A stretch of DNA of 64,000 bases from an uncultured bacterium (GCA_964609085.1 CAZSRZ010000006.1:12668-76667), one strand, 5' to 3'; shown: positions 1 to 9,218, counted from the stretch's first letter. Numbers and translations are program-made. The notes: generated from the letters alone by a model not told the origin.

Positions 1-734
1 AGGTCGCCACAGCTATAGTAGCTATCCCATTTGGGGTTGATGATGGCGCGGTTGAATCGGACCTTTGAAGCGACCGTGCGCAGGATGTGGTCGGCCCGCT
101 GGGAGAGCTGGTACTCCACGGTGCGGTCGATCTCAACGGCGTAGATGTTGTGCACCCAGATGGTGTCCGCTTCGTGATGGCCGAGTTGCATCACGTTGTT
201 CCGGAAGTCGCTCCGGTTGAGCCGATGGCCACCGACGCGGCCGACTCCGGCGAAGATCTGGCGGGTGACCAGAAACGGGAGCAAGAAGGCGATGGCGTCG
301 TGGAAGAACTCCTCGGTGAGCCGCGCGAGGTAGTTCTCATGGCAGCCGAAGGTGTGGCCGCCGAAGTGATCCACGCTGTTGTTGTGGAAGGAGACGGCCT
401 CGGTCAGCCCGAGATCATCCAGGGCACCCTGCAGGATCCGCTGGCCCGCTTTATCCTGGGCGACCAGGTCCAGCACGTCGCTGCATTCGGCCGTCGCGTA
501 CTCCTCATGGTCGCCCACGGCGTCGATGTAAAGGCGACCACCATTGACCAGGAATCCGCCCGCGCGGGCCGGCTCAAACGTGTGGTCCCGGGCGTGGAGA
601 TCGATCAATCCTAGCCGCCGCTCGTTGAACACGTAGTCGCGGACGCGGCCGACGACCTGTTCCGGTTTCCCCACGGCCGGGTCGTGCACCAGGCAGCCAT
701 ACTCGGTCTCGATACCAAAAATCCGACGGTCCAT
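1..734 (-). CDS. pafA: Pup/UBact--protein ligase PafA (partial, runs off the left edge)
   Basis: Absent from the ORF track because there is no stop in the window. Manual translation from ATG 734 (GGAGG upstream) gives MDRRIFGIETEYGCLVHD...GGRLYIDAVGDHEEYATAEC...GCHENY...LPFLVTRQIFAG...YQLSQRAD. It follows prcA. Confidence 0.92.
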   Translation of the reverse strand, partial: MDRRIFGIETEYGCLVHDPAVGKPEQVVGRVRDYVFNERRLGLIDLHARDHTFEPARAGGFLVNGGRLYIDAVGDHEEYATAECSDVLDLVAQDKAGQRILQGALDDLGLTEAVSFHNNSVDHFGGHTFGCHENYLARLTEEFFHDAIAFLLPFLVTRQIFAGVGRVGGHRLNRSDFRNNVMQLGHHEADTIWVHNIYAVEIDRTVEYQLSQRADHILRTVASKVRFNRAIINPKWDSYYSCGD

Positions 735-785
735 GCGGCCGACCTCACTCTCCTCCGCGTCACACGGCTAGCGGAGCACCGCGAG

Positions 786-1562
786 CTACTCGGCGTAGGC
801 GGCGCGCGCCGGCGCGAGTTCCGCGTCGCCCAAGAGGCGGAAATGCCGGTCTCGCGGGGTCCGGCGCTCGAGGAAGGCAATCTCGAGCCGCGCCCCATCC
901 CGAGCGTCGGGCGCGAGTTCCGCAGCCAGCAGAGTTTCGGGCGACTTCGGCTCTTCGGCGTCTTTCGAACCCGGGCGAGCGCCGCTGCGCCCAACCGCCC
1001 ACGTTTCCAGGCACAGGCGGAGCAGGGACGCGCGGTCCTCGAGGAGCGGGATCCCGGCGTGCAGCCGGTCGATCATCGCGTTCTCGGCTTCGAGCGATCC
1101 GGCAATGACGCTGTAGCCGCGCTCTTCTCGATACTCTCCATCGAACCCTAGTACGAAGAACGCATCCTGCTCCGGCGTCTCGCCCAGCTCGGCGAACACC
1201 CCGCGGAAGACGAACGGCGCGGCGAAGGGATCCCCAAATGCCCGCTTCAGCGCGGGAGAAAGCACGGAGCCGACCAGGCGTTGTCCGGTGACGTCGTCGG
1301 GCGAACGCTGGAACCCTTCCCGGTGACAGAAGTCGATCGCGGCGGACCGCAGCGTCTCGATATCGCTCTGATTGCCGATCCCCGACATCGCCAGCCGGTC
1401 GTAGACCTCGAAGATCTTGCGCTGAGAGTGATGCAGACTGGCGAGGTAGAGCCCCTCGGGCCGGCTCACACAGACCACGGGGCTTCCTTCGCGGAGTCGT
1501 TCTTCGACGTACTCGGTCCGCGTCTGGATCGACTGGTTCCAGTCGTAGGGGGTGAAGCTCAT
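786..1562 (-). CDS. prcA: 20S proteasome subunit alpha
   Basis: MSFTPYDW...GSPVV...KIFEVYDRLAMSGIG..SDIETLR matches bacterial PrcA; it overlaps the prcB stop. Confidence 0.93.
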   Translation of the reverse strand: MSFTPYDWNQSIQTRTEYVEERLREGSPVVCVSRPEGLYLASLHHSQRKIFEVYDRLAMSGIGNQSDIETLRSAAIDFCHREGFQRSPDDVTGQRLVGSVLSPALKRAFGDPFAAPFVFRGVFAELGETPEQDAFFVLGFDGEYREERGYSVIAGSLEAENAMIDRLHAGIPLLEDRASLLRLCLETWAVGRSGARPGSKDAEEPKSPETLLAAELAPDARDGARLEIAFLERRTPRDRHFRLLGDAELAPARAAYAE

Positions 1563-2338
1563 CGCGGTCCCTGCCCCGCGAGGGACCCGATGGCCGCTCT
1601 AAGTTCGGTCTCGGGCACGTCGAAGACGCCCTCCGCCTCGATGCCTCGGGCGATTGGCAGGATCTTCTGCAGGCCGCCCGTGGCGCTGTCGAGGTCGGCG
1701 GCGATGTCCAGCAAGACTACGGCTTCCGAGAGCGCCTCGCTCCGTGTCATCTCGGTGAACGGCCGCTTGCGGCGACAGATGTACTCGAAGGCACCGCGGA
1801 TCCGCTCAGATCCCGAGCCGGCGGCACCAAACTCGGCGTTTTCGAAGCGGGCGCCCATCCCGTCATACATGAAGATCCGGCCCTCCCCGGTGCGGGCATC
1901 GAAGGCGCTGACCACGGGGATGAAGGCGCCGATCCCCTGCAGCGCCATGGCGAGGTTCCCGGCGATGGCTCGTGAGACTTCGCTGATCTTGCCGTCCAGG
2001 CTCATTTCTTGCAGTTCGCGGCGAGCGTAATAGCGGAAAGCGTGCCGCAGGTACCGCGTGATCTCCATGGCGCGGGCGAAAGAGCCGGAGATGGCCATCA
2101 GGGTGTGATCATCCAGCGGCAGGATCTTGTCCGCGCGATCGAACATCACCCCCGTGCCGGCCGTGGCCCGCCGGTCCCCCAGATTCAACACACCGTCCCG
2201 ATACTTCACCGCGATCACCGTGGTGCCGTGCGTGTCGAACTCCGCGGGCGGCGTCGCTGGCCGGTGCGCTCCCGCGTGGGGAGCCTCCTGGATGCCCCCA
2301 ATCAATTCGAGAAAGCTACCGTTGTGGATGTCGATCAT
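1559..2338 (-). CDS. prcB: 20S proteasome subunit beta
   Basis: A propeptide ending ..HG|TTVIAVKY exposes Thr1, followed by GDRRAT, ADKI and GAAGSGS. I chose ATG 2338 as the start because the ORF-track start (2530) overlaps ubact. Confidence 0.93.
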   Translation of the reverse strand: MIDIHNGSFLELIGGIQEAPHAGAHRPATPPAEFDTHGTTVIAVKYRDGVLNLGDRRATAGTGVMFDRADKILPLDDHTLMAISGSFARAMEITRYLRHAFRYYARRELQEMSLDGKISEVSRAIAGNLAMALQGIGAFIPVVSAFDARTGEGRIFMYDGMGARFENAEFGAAGSGSERIRGAFEYICRRKRPFTEMTRSEALSEAVVLLDIAADLDSATGGLQKILPIARGIEAEGVFDVPETELRAAIGSLAGQGPR

Positions 2339-2381
2339 TACGTGCGCAAGGCTCTGTGCTGCTTCGGGCGAACGACGGTGT

Positions 2382-2570
2382 CTACTGGCCGCTGCGCTGC
2401 CGGTATCGCCGCGCCTGTTCGGGGTCGACGCGGCGCATGCGCTTGAGGAGATCACTCGGGTCCGGCCGGCGCACGTCGGGGGTTTTGGGCCCGCTGTCGT
2501 CCCCCTGCCGTCGGAGCGGATCCGGTGCACTCGGCCGTTGGATGCGTTCTTCGCCCTTAAACATCTGCAT
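2382..2570 (-). CDS. ubact: Ubiquitin-like protein UBact (62 aa)
   Basis: MQMFKGEERIQRP...DLLKRMRRVDPEQARRYRQRSGQ. GGAGG lies 5 nt before ATG 2570. The gene sits between dop and prcB and ends in the C-terminal GQ conjugation motif. Confidence 0.9.
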   Translation of the reverse strand: MQMFKGEERIQRPSAPDPLRRQGDDSGPKTPDVRRPDPSDLLKRMRRVDPEQARRYRQRSGQ

Positions 2571-4107
2571 GGTTGCCTCCGCCGACCGCCGACAGCACCG
2601 CGAACCCTTCCTCTGGTGTTTTAGCGGCGGCGAGGGCTGCATACAACACCGCCAGCCGTTCCGGCTCAAGAATGACCGGCAGGGCAAGCCGCCGGCCGCC
2701 GCGAACCACGAGACTGCCCCAGGCAATCCTTTCGATCTCGGCGCCGAACCGTTCGATCATCAACCCCCGCAAGCCGGCGCGGGTGTCCATCGGCGGCCGG
2801 CGGAGTGCGGCTTCGACCTTGCTGTCGTCCACGACCGCCCGCATTGCGCCGGACGCTTCCAGGTAGCGATGCAGGCCTTCTTCCGGGTCGAGGTTGTGGT
2901 ACTCGAGATCCAGACTCTGCATCTGCGCGCGGTCCCAGCCGCCCTCCTCCGCCTCTGCGTAGGTGCGCAGGAGTTGCCACTTGGCGGTCCAGTCCAGCCG
3001 ATCCACCGTGAGGAAGGGGTCGCGGTCGAGATCTTCCAGCAGCTCTTCCCAGGCTGCAAGCAGGGCGTCCGTCTCGGCGTCGCGCCCGGCGAGTAGCGCC
3101 GCAGCGTCCCTTAGGTATAGCCGCTGGATGTCCGTGGCGCGCAACCGGCGACCGTCCTCGAGATCGATCAGCCACTCCCCGCCGGGATCGCGTGACAGCG
3201 ACCGCACGGCGCGGACGGGCTCGCGCACCCGGAAGAGGGGTTCCCAACCGGACTCGACCAGGTCCAGTACGGCCGCTGTAGCGCCGACCTTCAGCCATGT
3301 AGCAAATCCACTCATCAGAGCGTCGCCGCAAATCACGTGCAGGCGTCGCCAACGGGCCGCGGTCGCATGCGGCTCGTCGCGGGTGTTGAAGAGAGGCCTC
3401 CGGGCCAGGGTGTCCACGCTGGCCTCTGTCTCCACGAAGTCGGCCCGCTGCGACATCTGGTAGCGACACGCCGCAGCACCAGGTCCGCCGTTTTCGGCGC
3501 CAACCTTCCCGCTGCCGGCGTAGAGTTGCCGGGTCACGAGAAAGGGCACCAGCCCCTGGTAGAGCCGCTCGAACGGCACCTCTCGTCGGGTGAGGTAGCT
3601 TTCGTGGCAGCCGTAGCTGATGCCGTGGAAGTCGGTGTTGTTCTTGTAAACGCGGATGGGACGGCCGCTCGCATCCCCGCGGGAGCGGGCGCATTCGAGA
3701 ACAGTCCTCTCCCCGGCCCGATCGTGAGCCGCGAGGTCTGCCAGCGTGCGACACTCCGGCGTGGCGTATTCGGGGTGTCCGTGATCGTTGTAGAGACGGC
3801 CGCCGTTGGGGAGGGCGTGGTCGCTGCGTTGCTCGTCGCGACTCAACCGGTCAAATCCGCTCTCCCGGTCGTAGCGCAGGTCGGCTTCGTTGGCGCTCAG
3901 CCGACCGACCTCGAAGCCGCGCATGTCCGCGCGGGGGGACTCCGCGGCATGGTCCCAGGGTCCGACCCAGGTGCCCTGATGGCTGCGGACGACCTGCCTG
4001 GCTTCCTCCGCCAGGTCCCGGGCGTCACCACCCTCCACCCAAAACCCGTACTCCGTCTCGATTCCGGCCCAGCGCTCCACGCATCGCTCCTTCCGTCCTT
4101 CGTCCAC
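2557..4107 (-). CDS. dop: Dop/PafA2 deamidase-depupylase
   Basis: Motifs GIETEYG, NGGRLYNDHGHPEYATPEC, KNNTD, YGCHESY, RDEPHA and RRLHVICGD. UBact here ends in Gln, which requires a deamidase. Confidence 0.9.
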   Translation of the reverse strand: MDEGRKERCVERWAGIETEYGFWVEGGDARDLAEEARQVVRSHQGTWVGPWDHAAESPRADMRGFEVGRLSANEADLRYDRESGFDRLSRDEQRSDHALPNGGRLYNDHGHPEYATPECRTLADLAAHDRAGERTVLECARSRGDASGRPIRVYKNNTDFHGISYGCHESYLTRREVPFERLYQGLVPFLVTRQLYAGSGKVGAENGGPGAAACRYQMSQRADFVETEASVDTLARRPLFNTRDEPHATAARWRRLHVICGDALMSGFATWLKVGATAAVLDLVESGWEPLFRVREPVRAVRSLSRDPGGEWLIDLEDGRRLRATDIQRLYLRDAAALLAGRDAETDALLAAWEELLEDLDRDPFLTVDRLDWTAKWQLLRTYAEAEEGGWDRAQMQSLDLEYHNLDPEEGLHRYLEASGAMRAVVDDSKVEAALRRPPMDTRAGLRGLMIERFGAEIERIAWGSLVVRGGRRLALPVILEPERLAVLYAALAAAKTPEEGFAVLSAVGGGNHADV

Positions 4108-4291
4108 CCTTACCCGCTAAGCTTGAGTCATAGCTGGAGAAGCGTTTCCGCGGGGATTATCCCGTCAGAGAGCGCCGCTGGGATCGCCGAGTTCCAGATC
4201 GGCATGGCCGCGCCGTCGACCCCGCCCTGGGATCGCCGAACGCGACCCTCGATGAGAAGGGCAGGGCGGGGTCGTAGCCGGAAGGGGGGAC

Positions 4292-4333
4292 GAGCTCCGC
4301 GGGCTTACGCCCTGCGGTTCTGTAGCGGAGCCC
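4292..4333. repeat. REP-like hairpin at the left breakpoint of the duplication
   Basis: GCTCCGC (4294-4300) pairs with GCGGAGC (4325-4331), with an inner GGGC-TTAC-GCCC stem. Confidence 0.55.
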
Positions 4334-4374
4334 ACCGTCACGCGAGCGCGGAACCCCCGATCCCCAGAAAAGGT

Positions 4375-5712
4375 TCAGCGAGGCCCGCGCCGCAGACCAC
4401 CTGGCATCGGCGGACTCAGAATGACACTCTCGAGCGGACGCCCGTGCATCCGCCACTCCTCCGGTAAATACCAGCGAGAGTGGCGCAGGCAGACAACGCC
4501 TCTCCGGAAACTCCACTCGTACTCGAAGTCAGCGCACAATAGGTCGAGTGCCCGGGCCAGGGGCACCTCCCGGATCGCCTCCCCCAGCCACCATTGGTCT
4601 CGCAGCCATCCCCGGTCTAGCCGCGGGTTTGACTTGCCGCCCTTCACTTCCTCCGGGCGTGGTCGATAGTCACACTGAACCACCACCGGAACGTCGAGTT
4701 GCTTCGCAAGCTGTTCCACCAGTGGGAGCAGGGGAAGTGCGTCGGGGGGCCGCTCCCCGGATTGAGCCGACGCAGCGCCCTGCGGGTCTCGGAGGGAAAC
4801 TCGAGCCTTGAACAGGGGGTCGTTGGGGACGGCGCTGGGGTTCGCCAACGCTGCTGCTCGGCGAGATGCGGGAGATTGCCGGACCCATCCTTCCGCATAG
4901 CAGAGATTTGTGTCGCTTCCCCCGTTACCGAACTCGATCGACTGCCATACCGTCGGCCGCGACGGAGGTCCAGCAATCTGCAGCTTCATCGCGCCGGAGA
5001 GCGACTGCTCCCTCACTCCCGCTGCCTGGTAAGGTGCGGCCCAGGTCTGGACCTCCCCGTGCAGAGATTCGGGCAGCGCTCGCACAGTGAACCGGACCAC
5101 CCCCGATGCCCACAGTTTCTGCCAGACGCCCGCGGGCAGCCCCACCGCGAGCCGGAGCGCGGCCGCGCTCTTGGGATGGCGCAAACAAGAGGCCATCCCG
5201 GGCTCGACCTTCGCAAGCTGGTCCAGCCCGCGCTCATCAAGGTTCGCCCACTGGCGAACCTGATCCCAGCGGGCTCTGAGCCTGGCCAGACCCCGGGACT
5301 CGCTCCGCCTTCGGGCGTTGGCGGCTGCAGTTCGGTCTCGCTCGGTCAGCTCCAGTCGATAGTCCGAGGCGGAGCCGCGAGTTGTCCAGGTCGCCGCCGT
5401 CGACCACTGGAGTCCCCCCAGGACCGCCCGCAGTGTGGACGACTTGCCCAACACGGAGAGACGCACGTTCTGAAGCGAGGTGGACAGCGCAAGCGGAACA
5501 CCAGCTTCCTGCGCGAGGGACGGGGCGAGTGCGCTGCACGGACCGCTCCGGAACGTGAACGAAAGCGGCTCATCCAGACGAGGATCCGGGAGACTCACGA
5601 CGGCCTGTCCCGGGCCAGATCTGGCGACAGTGGGCTCGATCGCTTGCGCGCGCGGCCCCCCGCCTGTGCTCGCAATCACGGCTAACAGGACAAGCGACAG
5701 TAGCCGGATCAT
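4375..5712 (-). CDS. Secreted hypothetical protein with two STN/secretin-N-like segments (copy 1)
   Basis: Signal peptide MIRLLSLVLLAVIAS..AQA from ATG 5712. The N- and C-terminal segments have the L..LA.....P...LD.L.....W pattern of STN-like domains. Confidence 0.6.
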   Translation of the reverse strand: MIRLLSLVLLAVIASTGGGPRAQAIEPTVARSGPGQAVVSLPDPRLDEPLSFTFRSGPCSALAPSLAQEAGVPLALSTSLQNVRLSVLGKSSTLRAVLGGLQWSTAATWTTRGSASDYRLELTERDRTAAANARRRSESRGLARLRARWDQVRQWANLDERGLDQLAKVEPGMASCLRHPKSAAALRLAVGLPAGVWQKLWASGVVRFTVRALPESLHGEVQTWAAPYQAAGVREQSLSGAMKLQIAGPPSRPTVWQSIEFGNGGSDTNLCYAEGWVRQSPASRRAAALANPSAVPNDPLFKARVSLRDPQGAASAQSGERPPDALPLLPLVEQLAKQLDVPVVVQCDYRPRPEEVKGGKSNPRLDRGWLRDQWWLGEAIREVPLARALDLLCADFEYEWSFRRGVVCLRHSRWYLPEEWRMHGRPLESVILSPPMPGGLRRGPR

Positions 5713-5851
5713 ATGCTGGTCCCTTCTCTCGCTGGAGCTTCCCCCACAATCCTCGGCGATCACGTCGGCACGCCACCGAAGCCGCGTCCGGTCCGGGGAG
5801 CAACCGGGACCCCTGGGACTCCCTGGGGGACCCGGCCGACTCATCCGGCAC

Positions 5852-6340
5852 TCAGGCCGACTTGGCCAGAGTGAACTGCTTCGCCTCGATCTGGGTGTTC
5901 TGGGCGGGTGCCGTCTGCACCTTGTAGATCACATCAAGGCTGTCGCTTCCCTGCCAGTAGCCCGGAGTCGGTGTGCGGATCTCCTCCGAGTAAGGCGAGC
6001 CCAACTGGGCGAGTCTCTCCATGTTGTCCTGGGGGCTGCTCTGCCAAACCACCGTCGTTACATCGTAGACGATCGCCATCCGGTAGTAGACGTCGGCATC
6101 TTCATAGTGAACGTCAGGTGCCATAACCAGATGCGCTGCGTTCTGACCCCAAGCGTACTCGATGACCCCACCGCTCACATAGCCGGCCGAGTAGGTAAGT
6201 TCTCCCTGAAATGTCCACGTCTGCGCGTCACTGAAGTTGTCGCCCGTCCCGGTGTAAGTCGTTACTGACGCCATCACCGCCGCTGCCGCCAGGACGCTGA
6301 GTACGCCACCGGCCGCCACAAATCGTCCATATCTTGCCAT
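5852..6340 (-). CDS. Secreted beta-rich hypothetical protein, 162 aa (copy 1)
   Basis: GGAGG ribosome-binding site, a Sec-type signal peptide and a Thr/Tyr/Gly-rich mature region. Confidence 0.75.
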   Translation of the reverse strand: MARYGRFVAAGGVLSVLAAAAVMASVTTYTGTGDNFSDAQTWTFQGELTYSAGYVSGGVIEYAWGQNAAHLVMAPDVHYEDADVYYRMAIVYDVTTVVWQSSPQDNMERLAQLGSPYSEEIRTPTPGYWQGSDSLDVIYKVQTAPAQNTQIEAKQFTLAKSA

Positions 6341-6537
6341 TTACGCTTCCTCCAAACACTACTGCCCTTGCTCTAGATAGCTGATGCCATCAGCATACTA
6401 CGTCGAAATCTAGATTCTTACATACCTAGATTCAGGTATTTTCACCCGCCAGGACGTGATGCCCGTCGGCGGGGCTCGGAGACGGATCAGGACCCCACCG
6501 TCACGGGAGCGCGGAACCCCCGATCCCCAGAGAAGGT

Positions 6538-7875
6538 TCAGCGAGGCCCGCGCCGCAGACCACCTGGCATCGGCGGACTCAGAATGACACTCTCGAGCGG
6601 ACGCCCGTGCATCCGCCACTCCTCCGGTAAATACCAGCGAGAGTGGCGCAGGCAGACAACGCCTCTCCGGAAACTCCACTCGTACTCGAAGTCAGCGCAC
6701 AATAGGTCGAGTGCCCGGGCCAGGGGCACCTCCCGGATCGCCTCCCCCAGCCACCATTGGTCTCGCAGCCATCCCCGGTCTAGCCGCGGGTTTGACTTGC
6801 CGCCCTTCACTTCCTCCGGGCGTGGTCGATAGTCACACTGAACCACCACCGGAACGTCGAGTTGCTTCGCAAGCTGTTCCACCAGTGGGAGCAGGGGAAG
6901 TGCGTCGGGGGGCCGCTCCCCGGATTGAGCCGACGCAGCGCCCTGCGGGTCTCGGAGGGAAACTCGAGCCTTGAACAGGGGGTCGTTGGGGACGGCGCTG
7001 GGGTTCGCCAACGCTGCTGCTCGGCGAGATGCGGGAGATTGCCGGACCCATCCTTCCGCATAGCAGAGATTTGTGTCGCTTCCCCCGTTACCGAACTCGA
7101 TCGACTGCCATACCGTCGGCCGCGACGGAGGTCCAGCAATCTGCAGCTTCATCGCGCCGGAGAGCGACTGCTCCCTCACTCCCGCTGCCTGGTAAGGTGC
7201 GGCCCAGGTCTGGACCTCCCCGTGCAGAGATTCGGGCAGCGCTCGCACAGTGAACCGGACCACCCCCGATGCCCACAGTTTCTGCCAGACGCCCGCGGGC
7301 AGCCCCACCGCGAGCCGGAGCGCGGCCGCGCTCTTGGGATGGCGCAAACAAGAGGCCATCCCGGGCTCGACCTTCGCAAGCTGGTCCAGCCCGCGCTCAT
7401 CAAGGTTCGCCCACTGGCGAACCTGATCCCAGCGGGCTCTGAGCCTGGCCAGACCCCGGGACTCGCTCCGCCTTCGGGCGTTGGCGGCTGCAGTTCGGTC
7501 TCGCTCGGTCAGCTCCAGTCGATAGTCCGAGGCGGAGCCGCGAGTTGTCCAGGTCGCCGCCGTCGACCACTGGAGTCCCCCCAGGACCGCCCGCAGTGTG
7601 GACGACTTGCCCAACACGGAGAGACGCACGTTCTGAAGCGAGGTGGACAGCGCAAGCGGAACACCAGCTTCCTGCGCGAGGGACGGGGCGAGTGCGCTGC
7701 ACGGACCGCTCCGGAACGTGAACGAAAGCGGCTCATCCAGACGAGGATCCGGGAGACTCACGACGGCCTGTCCCGGGCCAGATCTGGCGACAGTGGGCTC
7801 GATCGCTTGCGCGCGCGGCCCCCCGCCTGTGCTCGCAATCACGGCTAACAGGACAAGCGACAGTAGCCGGATCAT
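6538..7875 (-). CDS. Secreted STN-like hypothetical protein (copy 2)
   Basis: Translation identical to 4375..5712. Confidence 0.6.
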   Translation of the reverse strand: MIRLLSLVLLAVIASTGGGPRAQAIEPTVARSGPGQAVVSLPDPRLDEPLSFTFRSGPCSALAPSLAQEAGVPLALSTSLQNVRLSVLGKSSTLRAVLGGLQWSTAATWTTRGSASDYRLELTERDRTAAANARRRSESRGLARLRARWDQVRQWANLDERGLDQLAKVEPGMASCLRHPKSAAALRLAVGLPAGVWQKLWASGVVRFTVRALPESLHGEVQTWAAPYQAAGVREQSLSGAMKLQIAGPPSRPTVWQSIEFGNGGSDTNLCYAEGWVRQSPASRRAAALANPSAVPNDPLFKARVSLRDPQGAASAQSGERPPDALPLLPLVEQLAKQLDVPVVVQCDYRPRPEEVKGGKSNPRLDRGWLRDQWWLGEAIREVPLARALDLLCADFEYEWSFRRGVVCLRHSRWYLPEEWRMHGRPLESVILSPPMPGGLRRGPR

Positions 7876-8014
7876 ATGCTGGTCCCTTCTCTCGCTGGAG
7901 CTTCCCCCACAATCCTCGGCGATCACGTCGGCACGCCACCGAAGCCGCGTCCGGTCCGGGGAGCAACCGGGACCCCTGGGACTCCCTGGGGGACCCGGCC
8001 GACTCATCCGGCAC

Positions 8015-8503
8015 TCAGGCCGACTTGGCCAGAGTGAACTGCTTCGCCTCGATCTGGGTGTTCTGGGCGGGTGCCGTCTGCACCTTGTAGATCACATCAA
8101 GGCTGTCGCTTCCCTGCCAGTAGCCCGGAGTCGGTGTGCGGATCTCCTCCGAGTAAGGCGAGCCCAACTGGGCGAGTCTCTCCATGTTGTCCTGGGGGCT
8201 GCTCTGCCAAACCACCGTCGTTACATCGTAGACGATCGCCATCCGGTAGTAGACGTCGGCATCTTCATAGTGAACGTCAGGTGCCATAACCAGATGCGCT
8301 GCGTTCTGACCCCAAGCGTACTCGATGACCCCACCGCTCACATAGCCGGCCGAGTAGGTAAGTTCTCCCTGAAATGTCCACGTCTGCGCGTCACTGAAGT
8401 TGTCGCCCGTCCCGGTGTAAGTCGTTACTGACGCCATCACCGCCGCTGCCGCCAGGACGCTGAGTACGCCACCGGCCGCCACAAATCGTCCATATCTTGC
8501 CAT
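8015..8503 (-). CDS. Secreted beta-rich hypothetical protein (copy 2)
   Basis: Translation identical to 5852..6340. Confidence 0.75.
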   Translation of the reverse strand: MARYGRFVAAGGVLSVLAAAAVMASVTTYTGTGDNFSDAQTWTFQGELTYSAGYVSGGVIEYAWGQNAAHLVMAPDVHYEDADVYYRMAIVYDVTTVVWQSSPQDNMERLAQLGSPYSEEIRTPTPGYWQGSDSLDVIYKVQTAPAQNTQIEAKQFTLAKSA

Positions 8504-8594
8504 TTACGCTTCCTCCAAACACTACTGCCCTTGCTCTAGATAGCTGATGCCATCAGCATACTACGTCGAAATCTAGATTCTTACATACCTAGAT

Positions 8595-9179
8595 TCAGGT
8601 ATTTTCACCTGCCAGGACGTGATGCCCGTCGGCGGGGCTCGGAGACAGATCAGAACACTGGTCGTCCACCCCAGCACTGCAGGGAGAAGCCGGGCTCTCA
8701 CTGAGCCGGAGACCTCCTGTGCCGACGCCCCAAGCGATGAGCTGAGGCAGGTGCCGGAATCCGGTCCTACACCGCAAGTTCCTTATCTCGGTTGCAACCG
8801 TCCAGCGGGATACCCCGAGAAGCTCGGCAGCCGCTTGAAGGGTACCGGCATCAAACAACGCCTGTAGCGCCCGCAGCTCCGCGGGAGTACAGTCGCCGGG
8901 TCCCGGCGCACCCGTGCGCCCGAGCCACAGAACGGACACCAGACCTCTTGTCAGCGTCCAGCGGAGCAACAGCGGGAGTGGATGGATACCGGTCTTTCGA
9001 CGAATCGAACGTAGATGCGCTCGCACGGTATGTATGGATATATAAAGCGCGTCAGCGACATCGGAAATGCTCCCGTGGTCGATGAAGCACTGCAAGACCC
9101 CAATCTCGCAGGGCGAGCATTTCGGTTCCGCCGCCTCCCGGCAAGCTGACCGAGTCGGGTCGCTGATGCTCATGACCAC
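8595..9179 (-). CDS. Transcriptional regulator with two tandem LuxR-type HTH domains
   Basis: CSPCEIGVL..GSISDVADALYISIHTVRAHLRSIRRKTG and CTPAELRAL..GTLQAAAELLGVSRWTVATEIRNLRCRTG. Confidence 0.75.
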   Translation of the reverse strand: MVMSISDPTRSACREAAEPKCSPCEIGVLQCFIDHGSISDVADALYISIHTVRAHLRSIRRKTGIHPLPLLLRWTLTRGLVSVLWLGRTGAPGPGDCTPAELRALQALFDAGTLQAAAELLGVSRWTVATEIRNLRCRTGFRHLPQLIAWGVGTGGLRLSESPASPCSAGVDDQCSDLSPSPADGHHVLAGENT

Positions 9180-9218
9180 GAGCTCTCAGCCAACCGCCGG
9201 GCAATCTCCGGCGGCGAC

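Larger units (their letters stand above)
4331..6493. repeat. 2,163-bp tandem duplication, copy 1
   Basis: Every track ORF lying wholly inside the unit recurs with an identical translation at +2163. The only mismatches I saw are at 4343/6506, 4369/6532, 6447/8610 and 6484/8647. Confidence 0.97.
6494..8656. repeat. 2,163-bp tandem duplication, copy 2
   Basis: Begins CCCACCGTCAC at 6494 (matching 4331); identity ends after GATCAG at ~8653. Confidence 0.97.

Noticed and set aside
87-614. 175-aa plus-strand ORF
   Set aside because: It is the antisense shadow of pafA, which occupies 1..734 on the minus strand.
4331-8656. Duplicated unit as an IS, a DGR template/variable pair or a prophage remnant
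   Set aside because: There is no transposase, integrase or reverse transcriptase, no terminal inverted repeats, and only four mismatches, one not at an A/T position.
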